In this document: one piece after another, positions 42,189 to 52,954 of the stretch | Position numbering within the stretch: position 1 is the first letter of the stretch | Layout: each line of letters starts with the position of its first letter | Assembly: GCA_963777495.1 (NCBI GenBank) | Contig: CAVZQM010000004.1 | Coordinates: 242,679-306,678, forward strand | Reading direction: 5' to 3' | Source of the DNA: an uncultured Actinomycetes bacterium | GTDB lineage: Bacteria; Actinomycetota; UBA4738; HRBIN12 | Length of the DNA stretch: 64,000 bases | The notes under the pieces: generated by a model | The model's database searches: none | What the model was told of the DNA's origin: nothing | Seen by the model: the letters and a program-made list of their open reading frames with translations, nothing else | Translations under genes and position numbers: made by a program

Positions 42189-42952
42189 GCGACCTGGACG
42201 GACGTGTGGCGTTGGTGACGGGTGCGAGCTCGGGCATCGGCCGTGCGACGGCGGTGCTGCTGGCCGAGCGAGGCGCCCGCGTGATGGGGGTCGGCCGCGA
42301 TCAGGAACGGCTGCGGACCCTCGCGGACGAGACGGGGGTGGAGACGATCGTCGCCGCGCTCGACGATCCCGTCACCTGTGGCGCCGTCGTCGCGAGCACG
42401 GCCGAGCGGCTGGGTCCGGTCTCGATCCTGGTGAACAGCGCCGGCCGAGGCGCCGACGCCGATCGTCCGATCTGGGAGGAGTCGCTCGAAGGCTGGCGCG
42501 CCACCATGGCCATCAACCTCGACGCCCCGTTCCTGCTGTCGCGCGCCTGCTCCGAGCAGATGCGCGCGCTGGGCTGGGGTCGCATCGTGATGGTGAGTTC
42601 GACCGCCGGCGAGATCGGCGCGCCGTCGATGGCGCCCTACTGCGCCTCCAAGCACGGCGTGCTCGGGCTGATGCGCTCGGTCGCCCAGGATGTCGGCACG
42701 TTCGGTGGCACGTGCAATGCGGTCCTGCCGGGGTGGGTCAAGACAACGATGGCCGACGTCTACGTGCAGGGTGAGGCCGATGAGCGCGGCGTCACGTTGG
42801 AGGCGATGTGGGCCGAGCACGACGCCGAATATCCTCGCGGCTCGGTGCTCCAGCCCGAGGAGGTCGCGCGCGTCATCGCCTGGCTCGCCTCCGAAGAGGC
42901 AGCGGCCGTGAACGGGGAGGCGTTGACCGTGGCGCTCGGCGGCCTTTGGTAG
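42185..42952 (+). CDS. short-chain dehydrogenase/reductase
   Basis: TGASSGIG, NSAG, YCASK, PGWVKT. Confidence 0.92.
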   Translation: MSDLDGRVALVTGASSGIGRATAVLLAERGARVMGVGRDQERLRTLADETGVETIVAALDDPVTCGAVVASTAERLGPVSILVNSAGRGADADRPIWEESLEGWRATMAINLDAPFLLSRACSEQMRALGWGRIVMVSSTAGEIGAPSMAPYCASKHGVLGLMRSVAQDVGTFGGTCNAVLPGWVKTTMADVYVQGEADERGVTLEAMWAEHDAEYPRGSVLQPEEVARVIAWLASEEAAAVNGEALTVALGGLW

Positions 42953-42964
42953 GCGGTCCTTCCA

Positions 42965-43936
42965 TCAGAACCTCACGAGCACCTTCCCGGACCTTCCCGG
43001 TTCGGCGAGTCGATCGAACGCCGCTCTGACGTCGTCGACCGCGAACACGGAGTCCACGAGCGGCCGGGCCAGGCCGTCCTCGAGCAGCGGGACGACCTCG
43101 CGTGCGAACGCCTCGACCGCGGCGGCCTTCTCCTCGACGGGCCGAGCGCGCAACACCGTGCCACGGACGGTCGCGCGGCGAACCATCAACCGGAGCAGGT
43201 CGATCTCGGCGGTCGATCCCGACGCGACGCTGATCACGATGATCCGTCCGCGGAGCGCGAGGATGTCGAGGTCGTGCGCGAGGTTCGAGGCCCCCACGAG
43301 CTCGAGCACCAGGTCGACCCCTCGGTCCCCGGTGTGCTCGAGGACCTGAGGGCCGAACGTTCCGGCGTCGACCGGCTCAGCGCCGAGCGCTCGGATACGC
43401 TCGGCGGCTCGGTCGCTGCGCACGACGCCGAGGACGTCGGCACCGAGCGCCAGCGCGATCTGGACGGCGGCCGACCCCACGGCTCCCGATGCGCCCTGCA
43501 CGAGCACCGTCTCGCCGGCGCGCAGCGCCCCCTGGGTCGTCAGCGCGTCGTGCGCGGTGATGAACACCTCGGGGATCGCGGCGGCCTCGTGGTCATCGAA
43601 ACGTTCGGGAACGCGGGTCACGCAGCGCTCGTGCACGGCGACACGAGAAGCGAGGCCGCCGCCCGCCACCAGTCCGAAGACCCGGTCGCCCACAGACCAG
43701 TTCGTGACGCCTTCGCCGACCTCGACCACCGTGCCGGCGACCTCGAGACCCGGGACGTCCTGCACGACCCCCGCGGGTGCGGGGTAACGCCCTTCCCGCT
43801 GCTGAAGATCGGCAGGGTTGAGCCCGGCCGCGGTCACGTCGACGAGCACTTCGTCGCGGGCGATCTCCGGGGCGTCGCGCTCCGAGACCGTCACCTGCTC
43901 GTTGCCGCCGGCGCCGGTGAAGACCACGGCCCTCAC
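42965..43936 (-). CDS. NAD(P)H:quinone oxidoreductase (MDR, PIG3-like)
   Basis: AAGLNPAD, PGLEVAG, GASGAVG, GTVLRAR. Confidence 0.9.
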   Translation of the reverse strand: MRAVVFTGAGGNEQVTVSERDAPEIARDEVLVDVTAAGLNPADLQQREGRYPAPAGVVQDVPGLEVAGTVVEVGEGVTNWSVGDRVFGLVAGGGLASRVAVHERCVTRVPERFDDHEAAAIPEVFITAHDALTTQGALRAGETVLVQGASGAVGSAAVQIALALGADVLGVVRSDRAAERIRALGAEPVDAGTFGPQVLEHTGDRGVDLVLELVGASNLAHDLDILALRGRIIVISVASGSTAEIDLLRLMVRRATVRGTVLRARPVEEKAAAVEAFAREVVPLLEDGLARPLVDSVFAVDDVRAAFDRLAEPGRSGKVLVRF

Positions 43937-44805
43937 GCAGCGACGTCCTGCAGCATCGATCGAAGGTGGGGCAGCGCCGCCGCCAGTCGTTCGTGTTGGT
44001 CGTCCACATCCGCCTGGCTGTCGAGGCCCTCGACCAACAGGTCGTAGGGGCGATCGCCCACCGTGTCGTTCAAGGCCTGGATCAGCGCACGGATGGGCGC
44101 GACCCCTTCGCCCGGATAGCGGTACCGAACGTCGAAACCTCGCCGGTGGTACCCGTCGGGCTGTTGCACGGACAGCAGCTCGTAGTCGCGGATGTGCCCG
44201 CTCTTCGCGAGCGGTGCGAGCGTCGAGATCGCGCGGAACGGGTCGTCGAACGTCATGATCGGGTTGATCAGATCGAGGAACACACCGACCTTGTCGGCAC
44301 CGACCTCGTGAACGATGCGCTCGTACTCATCGATCGTGAAATCCGAATGGTTCTCGAGGATCAACCGAACCCCGGCCGCCGCGGCACCGCTCGACCCCCC
44401 GCGCAGCACCTCCGTCACGTACTCGCGCTCCAGCTCGATCAGCTCCGGCTGCCCCGCGAGATCCGCACGGTAGAACCCGGAGGCGAGCCGCAACGTCGGG
44501 CTGCCCAAGGCCACGGCTCCTTCCAGCCAGCGTTCGATACGCTCGACGCCGACGCGAGGCTCATCGCCGTGCCGCGGCGAACCCACGAAGTCACCCGACG
44601 CAAGCAAGCGGATGCCCGACGATGCGGCATGTGACGCCAGATCGACGAGCTGCGCCGGCGATCGATCCCGAACGTGATGCAGGTTGACGGCGACGACACC
44701 TGCTCCCAGCGACGCCGCATCGGCCAACACCTCCTCGATGGTGATGGCGCGTGCCTCCAGTCGCATGTGCCAGCAGAGCGTGTCGACGCCGAGCGAGATC
44801 GTCAG
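43933..44805 (-). CDS. sugar phosphate isomerase/epimerase (AP endonuclease 2-type TIM barrel)
   Basis: LILENHSD, FLDLIN, GHIRDY, YPGEG; start uncertain. Confidence 0.82.
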   Translation of the reverse strand: MTISLGVDTLCWHMRLEARAITIEEVLADAASLGAGVVAVNLHHVRDRSPAQLVDLASHAASSGIRLLASGDFVGSPRHGDEPRVGVERIERWLEGAVALGSPTLRLASGFYRADLAGQPELIELEREYVTEVLRGGSSGAAAAGVRLILENHSDFTIDEYERIVHEVGADKVGVFLDLINPIMTFDDPFRAISTLAPLAKSGHIRDYELLSVQQPDGYHRRGFDVRYRYPGEGVAPIRALIQALNDTVGDRPYDLLVEGLDSQADVDDQHERLAAALPHLRSMLQDVAA

Positions 44806-45638
44806 ATCAGCCTCCTCGTTCCTCGTGCCGCGTGGGGTTGCGGGACCGCCGACCAGTCGCTGGTTCGGAACCCCGCCGTCATGCCTCCGTCGGCGACGAC
44901 CACCGAACCCGTCACGTACGACGCGTCGTCGGAGAGCAGGAACGCCACCACGGCGGCGATCTCGGCCGGATCGGCGGCCCGGTCCATCGCGACGTTCGAA
45001 CGGTACTTGGACCACCGTTCGTCGTCGGCGAGGAACTCGTGCGCTGCCGCGGTGTCCACCCAGCCGGGTGCCACGGCGTTCACGCGGATCCCGAACGGAG
45101 CGAGGTCGATCGCCATGGATCGCGCGAGCTGGCTCACCGCGCCCTTCGACACGTTGTACGCGACCTGATGCTCCTCGCCCATGAACGAGGCGGTCGAGGC
45201 GGTGCAGACGATCGAGCCTCCGTCGCGCCCGGCCATCGTGCGAGCCGCCGCGTGGATCATCAGGTACATGCCGCGCGCGTTGACGTGCATGGTTCGGTCG
45301 AAGTGCTCCAGCGGCGCGGTGAGGATCTCCTCGAAGTAGGCGAACCCCGCGTTCGAGGCCAGGAGGTCGAGCCGTCCGAACGTTTCGAGCGTGTTCGTCA
45401 CGGCGCGTTCGGCCGTCTCAGGGTCCCCCACGTCCGCGGCGATCGAGACGACGCCGGCGCCCGTGCTCCGGAGGGTTGTGGCGACCCCCTCGAGCGCATC
45501 GGCGTCGTGCGGGGCGGCGACGAGACAGAGATCCGCGCCTTCGTCCGCCAGGCGCTCGGCGATCGCGCGCCCGATCCCCGACGATCCCCCGGTCACGATG
45601 GCGGCTCGGCCGGCGAACCGGCCGGCGCCTCGCGTCAC
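44802..45638 (-). CDS. short-chain dehydrogenase/reductase
   Basis: TGGSSGIG, SNAG, YNVSK, APGWVDT, ADGG. Confidence 0.92.
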   Translation of the reverse strand: MTRGAGRFAGRAAIVTGGSSGIGRAIAERLADEGADLCLVAAPHDADALEGVATTLRSTGAGVVSIAADVGDPETAERAVTNTLETFGRLDLLASNAGFAYFEEILTAPLEHFDRTMHVNARGMYLMIHAAARTMAGRDGGSIVCTASTASFMGEEHQVAYNVSKGAVSQLARSMAIDLAPFGIRVNAVAPGWVDTAAAHEFLADDERWSKYRSNVAMDRAADPAEIAAVVAFLLSDDASYVTGSVVVADGGMTAGFRTSDWSAVPQPHAARGTRRLI

Positions 45639-46249
45639 AGCTGCTCCTGACCGAAGTCCGCGTAGAACGAGGCGGTGACCAGCCGGATCGGGTCGTCGAC
45701 GTCGTCGAGGTCGCGGGCGATCCCCTCCACCGACGCCCAGGACGGGACGCCCCAGACGGCCAATCCCCGCGGATCGGGGCCGAGCTTGCCGATGCGGTCC
45801 ACGAGCAGGTTCAACTCCAGGTCGGCGTGCGCCTGCCGGCGTGCCTCGAACGAGGACCGAACCGCGTCGTGATCGGCACCGGGAGCGAGGTCGAACCATT
45901 CGGCGTAGTAGCGACCCTTGCTGCCGACCACGGGTTCGAGCAACGGCTCGTAGCATCCGGCCGCGTCGATCCGTGCGGCGAGTCGGAACGGTTCTTCGAA
46001 CAGGTCGGCTTCCCCCGAACGGAACACCCGCTCCCAGTCGTCGATCCGTTCCATCCCGGCGTTGCGGCTGTACCACGCGCACAGGTACTCGGGCTCCGGA
46101 CCGACACGCCACGAACGTCCGACGTTCAGGACGGCGATGTCGTCGTCGTACTCCCCCTGCCAACCCGTCTGTCCGGCACCGGCCACCGCATGGAACTCGT
46201 GCAGGCCGACCCCGGGACGGCGGCTGATGAACTCGATGTAGATCAGCAT
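45635..46249 (-). CDS. hypothetical protein with internal duplication
   Basis: intact 204-aa ORF with GGAG RBS, coupled to the SDR gene. Confidence 0.75.
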   Translation of the reverse strand: MLIYIEFISRRPGVGLHEFHAVAGAGQTGWQGEYDDDIAVLNVGRSWRVGPEPEYLCAWYSRNAGMERIDDWERVFRSGEADLFEEPFRLAARIDAAGCYEPLLEPVVGSKGRYYAEWFDLAPGADHDAVRSSFEARRQAHADLELNLLVDRIGKLGPDPRGLAVWGVPSWASVEGIARDLDDVDDPIRLVTASFYADFGQEQL

Positions 46250-46346
46250 CTCTGTCTGCTCCTGTCGTGTCGGGTCAACGCGCCCGCCATCTGCGGCTCA
46301 TGTGAGGTTGCGCGGGACATCGTGCGAAGCTACCGTCGGCGGCATC

Positions 46347-46832
46347 ATGGGCGCAATGCCGCACTTCAACGCACAGCCGCTCCCGACAGACCTCGACGAC
46401 CTGGCCGTCACCGCACGCGATCTTCCGTGGGTTCCCAATGGTCAGGGGCTGGCGTTCAAGCCCCTTCACTACTCGCCGTCCACCGGTATGTGGGTCAACC
46501 TCATCCGTGTGGCGCCCGGTGGGCACATCTCGAGGCATCTGCACACCGGCGGATCCGTCCACGGCTACGTCCTGAAGGGAAGCTGGCGATACCTCGAGCA
46601 CGACTGGGTCGCCGAGGAGGGCAGCTATGTGTGGGAGCCGCCGGGCGACGTGCACACGCTGGAGGTGCGCGGCGACCAGGAGATGATCACGCTCTTCTTC
46701 GTGCACGGGGTGATCCAGTACCTCGACGATCAGGACCGGTTGATCCAGCAGGACGACATGCGTAGTCGGCAGCGGCTGTACCTCGAGCATTGCGCGGCCG
46801 AGGGGATCGAGCCGCGCGCGCTGATCGGCTAG
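46347..46832 (+). CDS. cupin, 2,4'-dihydroxyacetophenone dioxygenase-like
   Basis: RHLHTGGSVHGYVLKGSWRYLEHDW...EPPGDVHTL. Confidence 0.88.
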   Translation: MGAMPHFNAQPLPTDLDDLAVTARDLPWVPNGQGLAFKPLHYSPSTGMWVNLIRVAPGGHISRHLHTGGSVHGYVLKGSWRYLEHDWVAEEGSYVWEPPGDVHTLEVRGDQEMITLFFVHGVIQYLDDQDRLIQQDDMRSRQRLYLEHCAAEGIEPRALIG

Positions 46833-46853
46833 CCGGCTTGGCTGCGGCGCTCC

Positions 46854-47993
46854 TCATTGCTCATCCGCCGGTCTGGTGTGGTCGTGCAGGTGGTGGCGCG
46901 CCGCGCCCAGTGGCACGCGCAGGTCCAGCGGACCGAAGCCCGATGTCACCCGGATCGGACGGTTCTCGCTCGCCGAGACTCGCGCCGCATCGATGACATC
47001 CAAGAGATGGAGGTCGTGTTCGGCGTTCGTCAGCGGCGCACGATCTTCCGTGAGCGCGACCACCGCCTCCCGGAGACCATCTGCCCACAGCCACGTCGCA
47101 TCGATCGGATCGATGGAGGTCCACGCAGCGTCGCGGTTCCTCCAGATCTCCAGACCGGTCGGATCCCAGTCGTCGCCCAGCAGGTTCGCGGTCCCGTCCG
47201 TGCCGTACAGCTCCAGACCGGGCCGGCGATACCGCTGGACCGCTTGACCGGAGGTGACGGAGGACAGCGCGCCGTCGACGTGGCGAAGGATCACATGCGA
47301 CACGTCGGGGTCGGGGTGCTCGATGCGTCTCCCCTCCGCTTCGCGCACAGGCACGGCCACGGCGTCGGCCGCGAACACCTCCGTGACCGGACCGACCAGC
47401 GCCGTCAGACTCTTCAGGTTGTAGACGCCGGCCTCCGCCAGCGGACCCACCCCGCCTTCGTGGAACCACGAGGCCCAGGTCGACCCGGGGTTGCCGTACA
47501 GGCCCCTGGCGCTGTGCACCTGTCCGATCTCCCCGTCGCGCACGCGCGTCCACAGCTCCCGGAACGTCGGGGACAGTTGGACGAACGGCGCGGCCAGCAA
47601 CCGCAGCCCTCGCGACGCCGCCAGGTCGAAGACCGGCTCGGCCTCCGCCCGGCTCATGCCCACCGGCTTCTCGCACACGACGTGTTTGCCGGCTTCCAGG
47701 GCGGCACGGGCGTAGCCGGCATGCGAATCGGGCGGCGTGATGATCACCACGACGGACACGTCGGACGTCAGGACCTGCTCGGCTTCGGGGACCAGATCGG
47801 CGTGAGGGCGACGACCGATGATGCCGCTCCACGTATCGCGCCTCCGCGCGCAGATCGGTCCTTCCCACGCCAGACCGCGGGGGATGAGTCGATCCAACAC
47901 CTGCAGGTACGCCCAGAGCACGTTGCCGGCGCCGATGATCCCGACGCCCACGCCCGACCCTCGATCTTCAGCGTTCGCCAACGACGTATCCAT
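46854..47993 (-). CDS. Gfo/Idh/MocA family oxidoreductase
   Basis: GIIGAG, AGKHVVCEKP. Confidence 0.9.
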   Translation of the reverse strand: MDTSLANAEDRGSGVGVGIIGAGNVLWAYLQVLDRLIPRGLAWEGPICARRRDTWSGIIGRRPHADLVPEAEQVLTSDVSVVVIITPPDSHAGYARAALEAGKHVVCEKPVGMSRAEAEPVFDLAASRGLRLLAAPFVQLSPTFRELWTRVRDGEIGQVHSARGLYGNPGSTWASWFHEGGVGPLAEAGVYNLKSLTALVGPVTEVFAADAVAVPVREAEGRRIEHPDPDVSHVILRHVDGALSSVTSGQAVQRYRRPGLELYGTDGTANLLGDDWDPTGLEIWRNRDAAWTSIDPIDATWLWADGLREAVVALTEDRAPLTNAEHDLHLLDVIDAARVSASENRPIRVTSGFGPLDLRVPLGAARHHLHDHTRPADEQ

Positions 47994-48008
47994 CCGAAGA
48001 AGGGTCTC

Positions 48009-48072
48009 TTGCAATCACGAGGGCACGAGCCTAGCATCAGCGCCCGGGCGGTATGGATACTGGTATCTATCC
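48009..48072 (+). promoter_or_regulatory. sigma70-type promoter of the ABC operon plus downstream operator-like palindrome
   Basis: TTGCAA-N17-TAGCAT (48009-48037); GATAC-TG-GTATC at 48056-48067. Confidence 0.6.
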
Positions 48073-48136
48073 GCCTCTCGGGTGTGTCAACGAGCGCGAT
48101 CGACGCTGAGCACGGCGACAGACAGGGGGAAGCAGC

Positions 48137-49348
48137 ATGAAGAAGCGGGCAGCACCTGCCGACCTTTCCCGGCGTCAGTTCCTCCGTCGAGCCGGGCTGA
48201 CGGTGGTCACGGTGGGCGCGACGCCTTCCATCCTCGCCGCGTGCGGCAGCGACGAACCTGCCGAACCGGGCGCGTCGCCCACCGGCCCGACCGCCTCCGG
48301 TCCCGCCGCCTCTCCCAGCGTTCCGCCGGCCACCGGCACGCTCGACTACTACTCGTGGGAGGGCTACGACTCCCCCGTCAAGGCCACCAAGACCTGGCTC
48401 AAAGACAACGACGTCACGCTCAACTCCAGCTACATCGGGAACCACGACGACATCCAGGCGAAGCTGAAGGCCAGCAACAACTCCGAGGGCTTCGACCTGA
48501 TCACGTACTACCAGGGGTACAAGCCGCTCTACACGGAGCTCGGGATCCTCGGGCCCATCGATGACGACAAGATCCCGAACCTTGCCGGGCTGAACGAGTT
48601 CTGGTCGAACGACCCGAGGCACCAATGGATCGACGAGGACGGCACCCGGACCGGGATACCGTGGACGTTCGGATCGATCGGCATCACGTACGACTCGGCC
48701 GAGGTCGACGAGATGTCCTCGTGGTACGACCTGCTGGACCCCAGCCTGAAGGGCAAGATCTCCCTTCCCGACGACCCCGTGGGCCAGTTCACGCTCACGG
48801 CCCACATCCTCGGCCTGGATCCGGGCGCCACCCCGAAAGAAGAGCTGGGATCGGTCGTCGACCTCGCCAGCCAGTTCGTGGCCCAGTGCGGATCGATCTC
48901 GACGTCGTTCGGCGACATGACCACCAAGCTCGTGGCGGGCGAGATCGTGGCGTGCTATCAGGGCTGGGCCGCGATGAACAGCTTCGCCGCGGCGGAGGGT
49001 GTGACCACGATCAAGACCAACCTCCCGGAGGAGGGCTCCTTCACGTTCGCGGACATGTTCGCGATCCCGACGGGGTCCGACAACGTCGACACCGCTCACG
49101 CCTGGATGAACATGCTCCTGGACCCGGTCGTGAACGCGCAGAACGCCGAGTATCTGGTCGGTGCGGTCACGGTGGACGCGGCGGTGGATCTCCTGAACGA
49201 GGAGACGAAGGCGCTGTACCCCTACGACGACATCGCCGGCTACCTGGAGTTGGCTCCCCTCTACAACAACCCGCCCGTCGAGTCCGACGAGTTCGTGACG
49301 CAGACGGAATGGACGGACGCCTGGCAGGAGATCAAGGCCGGCGCCTGA
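48137..49348 (+). CDS. ABC transporter substrate-binding lipoprotein (PotD/PotF-like), Tat-exported
   Basis: SRRQFLRR, LAAC lipobox, YSWEGY, SWYDLLDP, PEEG. Confidence 0.9.
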   Translation: MKKRAAPADLSRRQFLRRAGLTVVTVGATPSILAACGSDEPAEPGASPTGPTASGPAASPSVPPATGTLDYYSWEGYDSPVKATKTWLKDNDVTLNSSYIGNHDDIQAKLKASNNSEGFDLITYYQGYKPLYTELGILGPIDDDKIPNLAGLNEFWSNDPRHQWIDEDGTRTGIPWTFGSIGITYDSAEVDEMSSWYDLLDPSLKGKISLPDDPVGQFTLTAHILGLDPGATPKEELGSVVDLASQFVAQCGSISTSFGDMTTKLVAGEIVACYQGWAAMNSFAAAEGVTTIKTNLPEEGSFTFADMFAIPTGSDNVDTAHAWMNMLLDPVVNAQNAEYLVGAVTVDAAVDLLNEETKALYPYDDIAGYLELAPLYNNPPVESDEFVTQTEWTDAWQEIKAGA

Positions 49349-49375
49349 TCCGGGGCGCCGCCGATCGGGCAGACC

Positions 49376-50275
49376 GTGGCGACAACCGTCGATGAACGGC
49401 ATGCGGTTCGGTCGGCACGACGCAGGCGCGGGGCCTTCACCGCCATCCCGGCTGCCGCCGGGATGGTCGTGTTCTTCCTGATCCCCCTCGTGGTCTTCGC
49501 GGTCTACAGCTTCCTCACGAACAGCCTGTATGAGGTCGAACTCCCGCTCACGCTCGACGGGTATCGGGACGCCCTGACGTCCCCGGTGAACATCAGTCTG
49601 GCGAAGAACTCCGCGTTGGTGGGCCTGGGAACGGCCGTCGTGACGGTGACACTCGCCCTGCCCATCGCCTTCTGGCTCCGTCGAAGCGCGCGACGCCTGC
49701 GGCTCCCCGTCCTGTTCCTGATCACCGCCTCGTTGTTCGCCGGCTACCTCGTGCGGATCTACGCATGGCGCAGCATCCTGGGAAGGAACGGCCTGATCAA
49801 CAGCGGGCTCCAGCGGCTCGGTCTCATCGACGAGCCGCTCGGGTTCCTCCTGTACAGCCTGTTCGCCGTGACCGTGGCGCTCGTCCACATCTACTTGCCG
49901 TATGCGGTCCTGGTGCTCTACGCCGCCATGGGACCACTGGGCTCGGGGATCATCGAGGCCGCCCAGGATCTGGGCGCGAAGGGGCCGGTCATGTGGAGGC
50001 GCGTGGTCTTGCCGCTCGCGGCCGCGCCGGCCGCGAGCGTGTTCCTGTTCGTCTTCATCCTGTCGTCGGCCGACTACGTCACGCCGCAGTTCCTGGGCGG
50101 CACGTCGGGCTCCACGCTGGGGGTCCAGATCCAGACGAACTTCATCACGCTGGGCAACTGGCCGCTCGCGGCGGCCACATCGTTCCTGATGCTGGCGGCG
50201 TTCCTGGCGTGTTACGTGTGCTCCGCCCTCGTCCTTCGGCTCGCCGGGCTGCGCGACGTGAGGTTCGTGAACTGA
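49376..50275 (+). CDS. ABC transporter permease (PotB-like)
   Basis: VRIYAW, EAAQDLGA, DYVTPQFLGG, NWPLAAA. Confidence 0.92.
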   Translation: MATTVDERHAVRSARRRRGAFTAIPAAAGMVVFFLIPLVVFAVYSFLTNSLYEVELPLTLDGYRDALTSPVNISLAKNSALVGLGTAVVTVTLALPIAFWLRRSARRLRLPVLFLITASLFAGYLVRIYAWRSILGRNGLINSGLQRLGLIDEPLGFLLYSLFAVTVALVHIYLPYAVLVLYAAMGPLGSGIIEAAQDLGAKGPVMWRRVVLPLAAAPAASVFLFVFILSSADYVTPQFLGGTSGSTLGVQIQTNFITLGNWPLAAATSFLMLAAFLACYVCSALVLRLAGLRDVRFVN

Positions 50276-51120
50276 TGGAGCGCTCGCAGCGCGGTCCGAT
50301 CACCGGAACGATCACGGTGGCCGCGTTGGTGTTCCTGTTCGTGCCGCTGATCGTGGTGGTCCTCTTCTCGTTCCACGAGACCTCGGGGCTCTCCTTCCCG
50401 TTCCGGGGTTTCTCCTTGCGGTGGTACCGCGAGGTGTTCGCCTCGGAGGAGATCAGGGAGACGGCTCGGAACAGCCTGATCGTCGCGACCGCCACCGCGG
50501 CGGTCTCGTTGGTGCTCGGGACGCTCGCCGCCTACGGACTCAGCCGGACCTCCGCCCGCTGGCGTGGGCCGCTGGCGCTGCTGTTCTTCCTCCCGCTCAC
50601 GCTCCCCGGCCTGTTCATCGGCCTCTCGCTCCTGGTCTTCTTCAATCTGGTCAGCGACCAGGTCGTGGAGTTCAAGCTCTCGCTCACCAGCGTGGCGATC
50701 GCGCACCTCGTGTACGTCATCCCCTACTTCCTGTTGATCGCGATCGCGGCGCTCGACCGGCTCGACATCGCATTGGAAGAGGCGGCTGCCGACCTGGGGG
50801 CAACGTCGTGGACGGTGTTCCGGCGGGTCACGCTGCCGCAGGTCTGGCCCGTGCTCCTGGGAGCCACCAGCTTGGCCTTCGCCCTCAGCTTCGACGAGTT
50901 CATCATCACGTTCTTCGTGATCGGCCCACAGTCGACGGTCCCCATGTTCATCTGGTCCAGCCTGCGTCGGACGGTGAACCCCACGATCAACACGATCTCG
51001 ACGTTGCTGCTCGCGTCGACCCTGCTGATGTTCACGGTCGCGTTCGTCTTGACGCTCCGCGGCGGGCGGAGGCAGGGCCAGGACGACATACTCAGCGACG
51101 CGGTGGGAGTACCGACGTGA
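50275..51120 (+). CDS. ABC transporter permease (PotC-like)
   Basis: FSLRWY, EEAAADLGA, SFDEF. Confidence 0.92.
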   Translation: MERSQRGPITGTITVAALVFLFVPLIVVVLFSFHETSGLSFPFRGFSLRWYREVFASEEIRETARNSLIVATATAAVSLVLGTLAAYGLSRTSARWRGPLALLFFLPLTLPGLFIGLSLLVFFNLVSDQVVEFKLSLTSVAIAHLVYVIPYFLLIAIAALDRLDIALEEAAADLGATSWTVFRRVTLPQVWPVLLGATSLAFALSFDEFIITFFVIGPQSTVPMFIWSSLRRTVNPTINTISTLLLASTLLMFTVAFVLTLRGGRRQGQDDILSDAVGVPT

Positions 51121-52192
51121 GCACGGATCTCGAGCCTCGCGTGCATCTCGACGGCGTGACCCACCGGTTCGGCAACGTGACGGCGCTGTCGAACGTCAGC
51201 CTGGACGTGCACGACGGCGAGTTCATCACGCTGCTCGGTCCCTCGGGATGCGGGAAGACGACGCTGCTGCGCATCGTGGCAGGCTTCGAACAGCCGACGG
51301 AGGGGCGGGTGCTGCTGGGCGGCGTCGACGTGACGCGAACGCCGCCGTACCGGCGCCCGGCGAACATGGTGTTCCAGCGCCCGACGCTCTTCCCGCATCT
51401 CGACGTGTTCGAGAACGTGGCCTTCGGCCTGCGCATCGCGAAGGTCTCTCGAGACGAGATCCGCACGCGGGTCAGTGAGTCGCTGGCGCTCGTTCGACTT
51501 GGACGGATACGAGCACCGGAAGAACTACGAGCTCTCGGGAGGGCAGATGCAACGGGTGGCGCTCGCACGCGCCTTGGTGAACAAGCCGCAGGTCCTCCTC
51601 CTGGACGAGCCGCTGTCCGCGCTGGACCTGAGGATCCGTTTGGACATGGAGATCGAGTTGCGACGGCTCCATCGAGAGACGGGCGCCACCTTCGTCTACG
51701 TCACGCACGACCAACGGGAAGCGCTGGCGCTCTCCGACCGCGTCGTCGTCTTCGATGCCGGCAGGATCGAACAGGTCGGTAAGCCGAACGAGGTCTACCG
51801 CCGGCCGGCGACGCCGTTCGTCGCTCGTTTCGTCGGCGATGCCAACGTCATCCCCGTGGTGGTCGAACGCGGAGCCGAAGGGATGCGCGCGCGACTGGGA
51901 GATCACGAGATCACGGTTGGGTCGGACGCCGTCGAGGGACCCGCATGGCTGGTCCTGCGACCCGAGGTCATCGCGGTGCGAGAACCGGGGCCCGGACGCG
52001 ACGATCAGAGGCACCGTTCGCGACGTCTCGTTCCGCGGCACGGGATCGTCGTATCGCATCGCCGTGCCCGGGATCGAGGAGGCCATCAAGGCGGAGGTCT
52101 CGACCGGGCCGGTGTTCCCGATCGGAGCCGAGGTCGCGCCGTCGTGGGAGAGCGGGGCGGATGTCACGTTGCCTCGCTCCGACGAGACGTAG
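51117..52192 (+). CDS. ABC transporter ATP-binding protein (PotA-like; frameshifted)
   Basis: [34 protein letters not shown]; TOBE-like tail in a third frame. Confidence 0.92.
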
Positions 52193-52198
52193 GCGATC

Positions 52199-52948
52199 GT
52201 GGACCTCGGTCTGGAGGGAGCCAGGGTCCTCGTGACCGGAGGGGGCCGCGGCATCGGCCGGTCGATCACCGCCGTCTTCCTGTCCGAGGGCGCCTCGGTC
52301 ACGATCTGCGGCCGGAACGCCGAGACACTCGCCCACGCCCGAGCGGACCTCGGGCCCGACCGTGTCGACACCTTCGCCGTGGATCTCTCGTTGCCGGACG
52401 GCCCCGCCGACCTCGTCGGTGGCGTGGTCGAGCGCCACGACCGGATCGATGTCGTGGTCGCGAACGCCACGGCCGGATCGGTCGGAGCCACCGAGGATGA
52501 CTACGCGGAGTCGTTCGCCGTCGACCTGATGCAGTCGGTGCGCCTGGCCGACGCGCTTCGGAACGCGCAGGCGGGGACGCCGTTCTCCATGGTGTGTCTC
52601 GGGTCGATCGACGGCATGACCGGCGGGACGCCACACCACGCGTACTCGGTGATGAAGGCCGCCCTGCTCGCGTGGACGAAGAACGCCGCCGTCGCCTACG
52701 CCCCCGAAGGCATCCGCGTGAACGCCGTGTGTCCCGGCGCGATCTGGTTCGAGGGCGGTTGGTGGGCCGACGTGCGCGATGCCGATCCCCAGGGTTTCGC
52801 CGCGCATGTCGCGCGGATCCCGTCGGGACGCCTCGGGAGCCCCGAAGAGGTGGCGAACGTCGTGGCGTTCCTCGCCTCGCCGCGCGCCTCCTGGGTGACC
52901 GGCGCCACGGTCCTGGTCGACGGGGGCGAACACCAGGTCATGGGCTAA
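52199..52948 (+). CDS. short-chain dehydrogenase/reductase
   Basis: [20 protein letters not shown]. Confidence 0.9.
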   Translation: MDLGLEGARVLVTGGGRGIGRSITAVFLSEGASVTICGRNAETLAHARADLGPDRVDTFAVDLSLPDGPADLVGGVVERHDRIDVVVANATAGSVGATEDDYAESFAVDLMQSVRLADALRNAQAGTPFSMVCLGSIDGMTGGTPHHAYSVMKAALLAWTKNAAVAYAPEGIRVNAVCPGAIWFEGGWWADVRDADPQGFAAHVARIPSGRLGSPEEVANVVAFLASPRASWVTGATVLVDGGEHQVMG

Positions 52949-52954
52949 GTCCGG

